From contig JAWCFL010000063.1 in the NCBI GenBank assembly GCA_038858525.1, positions 1-5,319 of the forward strand: DNA of 5,319 nt, given 5' to 3'. The stretch comes from Candidatus Jordarchaeales archaeon. GTDB lineage: Archaea; Asgardarchaeota; Jordiarchaeia; Jordiarchaeales; Freyrarchaeaceae. Under the pieces are notes generated by a model. It had not been told where the DNA came from. It saw only the letters and a program-made list of their open reading frames with translations, and searched no databases. Below, piece after piece: positions 4,335 to 5,319 of this stretch. Position 1 is the first letter of the stretch, and every line of letters begins with the position of its first letter. The position numbers were made by a program, and so were the translations under genes.

Positions 4335-5319
4335 ATGCCTGTTCTAGACAGGTCAAAGATTAGGGCTGACGTGCTTAAGCTCATAGATGAATACATGAAG
4401 GCGCAGACAAACGCGATAGTGGAGTTTCTTGGGAAGGAGGGAAGTGGCGTAGACTTCCCGAGGCTATGGGGCAAGGTGATGGAGGGAAACGAGCGCTTTT
4501 TCAGGAGAGAGATGAGCGCTGAGGAGATCTACAACTGGCTGACCAAGGATGAAATGCTCTTCCTCGCCAGGATGATGAGGTACGCTTTCGAGTACGCGGC
4601 GAAAGTCGATCAGGAGAAAAACCCTATTCCGAGCGACGTCATCATAGATCAGATCGATGCTGGCGGCGTCCCAGCGGAGTGGCAAATAGTTCCGGGAGCC
4701 GCAGACGACAAGGTTCTGCTGTACTTCCATGGGGGAGGAATGATTGTCGGCTCTCCTAGCACGCACAGGTTGCTTACTGTTAAGCTCGGAGAGGAGACAG
4801 GGATGATGGTGCTGAGCGTGGACTACAGGCTGGCGCCCGAGTACCCCTACCCCGCCCAGCTGGAGGACTGCGTCAAAGCCTACAAGTGGCTTCTATCCTT
4901 TGGAGTGAACTCAGAGAGCATAGTGGTCGCAGGCGACTCCGCCGGGGGAAACCTAGCGCTAACAACGCTACTAAAGCTCAGAGATGAAGGCGTGGAGCTG
5001 CCTGCCGGAGCAGTCTGCCTCTCGCCTGTAACGAACTGGACGACTACTGACGAATCCTTCTTCGAGAACGCGAAAACAGACCCCGTGTTGGCGGAAGTGG
5101 GAGTCTTCTGGTGGGGGCCAGCATACCTTGCGGGGGCAAACCCGGCTGACCCACTTGTATCGCCGCTATTCGCTGACTTAAGGGGGCTCCCACCGATATT
5201 GATCCAGGCGAGCACCAGCGAGATGCTCTTCAGCGGTTGCAAACGCTTCGTCGAAAAAGCCAGAGCGGCAGGAGTAGACGCAACACTGCAAACGTGGGAC
5301 GATATGCCGCATGTTTTCC
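4335..5319 (+). CDS. Family IV (hormone-sensitive lipase-like) alpha/beta hydrolase / esterase, 3'-truncated by the window edge
   Basis: Manual translation gives 328 open codons: LLYFHGGG (H132, 4728), VDYRLAPEYPYPA, GDSAGG (S202, 4938), QASTSEML (E296, 5220) and MPHVF (H326, 5310). Missing from the ORF track because there is no stop in the window. Confidence 0.96.
   Translation, partial: MPVLDRSKIRADVLKLIDEYMKAQTNAIVEFLGKEGSGVDFPRLWGKVMEGNERFFRREMSAEEIYNWLTKDEMLFLARMMRYAFEYAAKVDQEKNPIPSDVIIDQIDAGGVPAEWQIVPGAADDKVLLYFHGGGMIVGSPSTHRLLTVKLGEETGMMVLSVDYRLAPEYPYPAQLEDCVKAYKWLLSFGVNSESIVVAGDSAGGNLALTTLLKLRDEGVELPAGAVCLSPVTNWTTTDESFFENAKTDPVLAEVGVFWWGPAYLAGANPADPLVSPLFADLRGLPPILIQASTSEMLFSGCKRFVEKARAAGVDATLQTWDDMPHVF

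Noticed and set aside
4464-5242. Minus-strand ORFs 4464..4766 and 4880..5242
   Set aside because: Antisense shadows of the clear plus-strand esterase.

Overview
Archaeal-looking DNA (TATA/BRE-type promoters, GGAGG/GGGTG ribosome-binding sites, AGG/ATA-rich codons; probably a thermophile, lineage not determinable). The window is mostly a toxin-antitoxin (TA) cluster: an AbrB-type vapB plus vapC (1091-1775 +), a HEPN-MNT pair (1910-2631 +), a stand-alone MNT-like gene with an apparently destroyed catalytic motif (2715-3083 +), and a second, divergent HEPN-MNT pair on the minus strand (4084-3301) pointing back at it. To the left are two convergent hypothetical genes. The first (85 aa) has the His/Asp spacing of a miniature metal-dependent hydrolase. 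To the right is a family IV (HSL-like) alpha/beta-hydrolase starting at 4335 and running off the window; it is absent from the ORF track. I found no CRISPR array, tRNA, rRNA or transposase. No database search was run; family calls come from motif recognition by eye.
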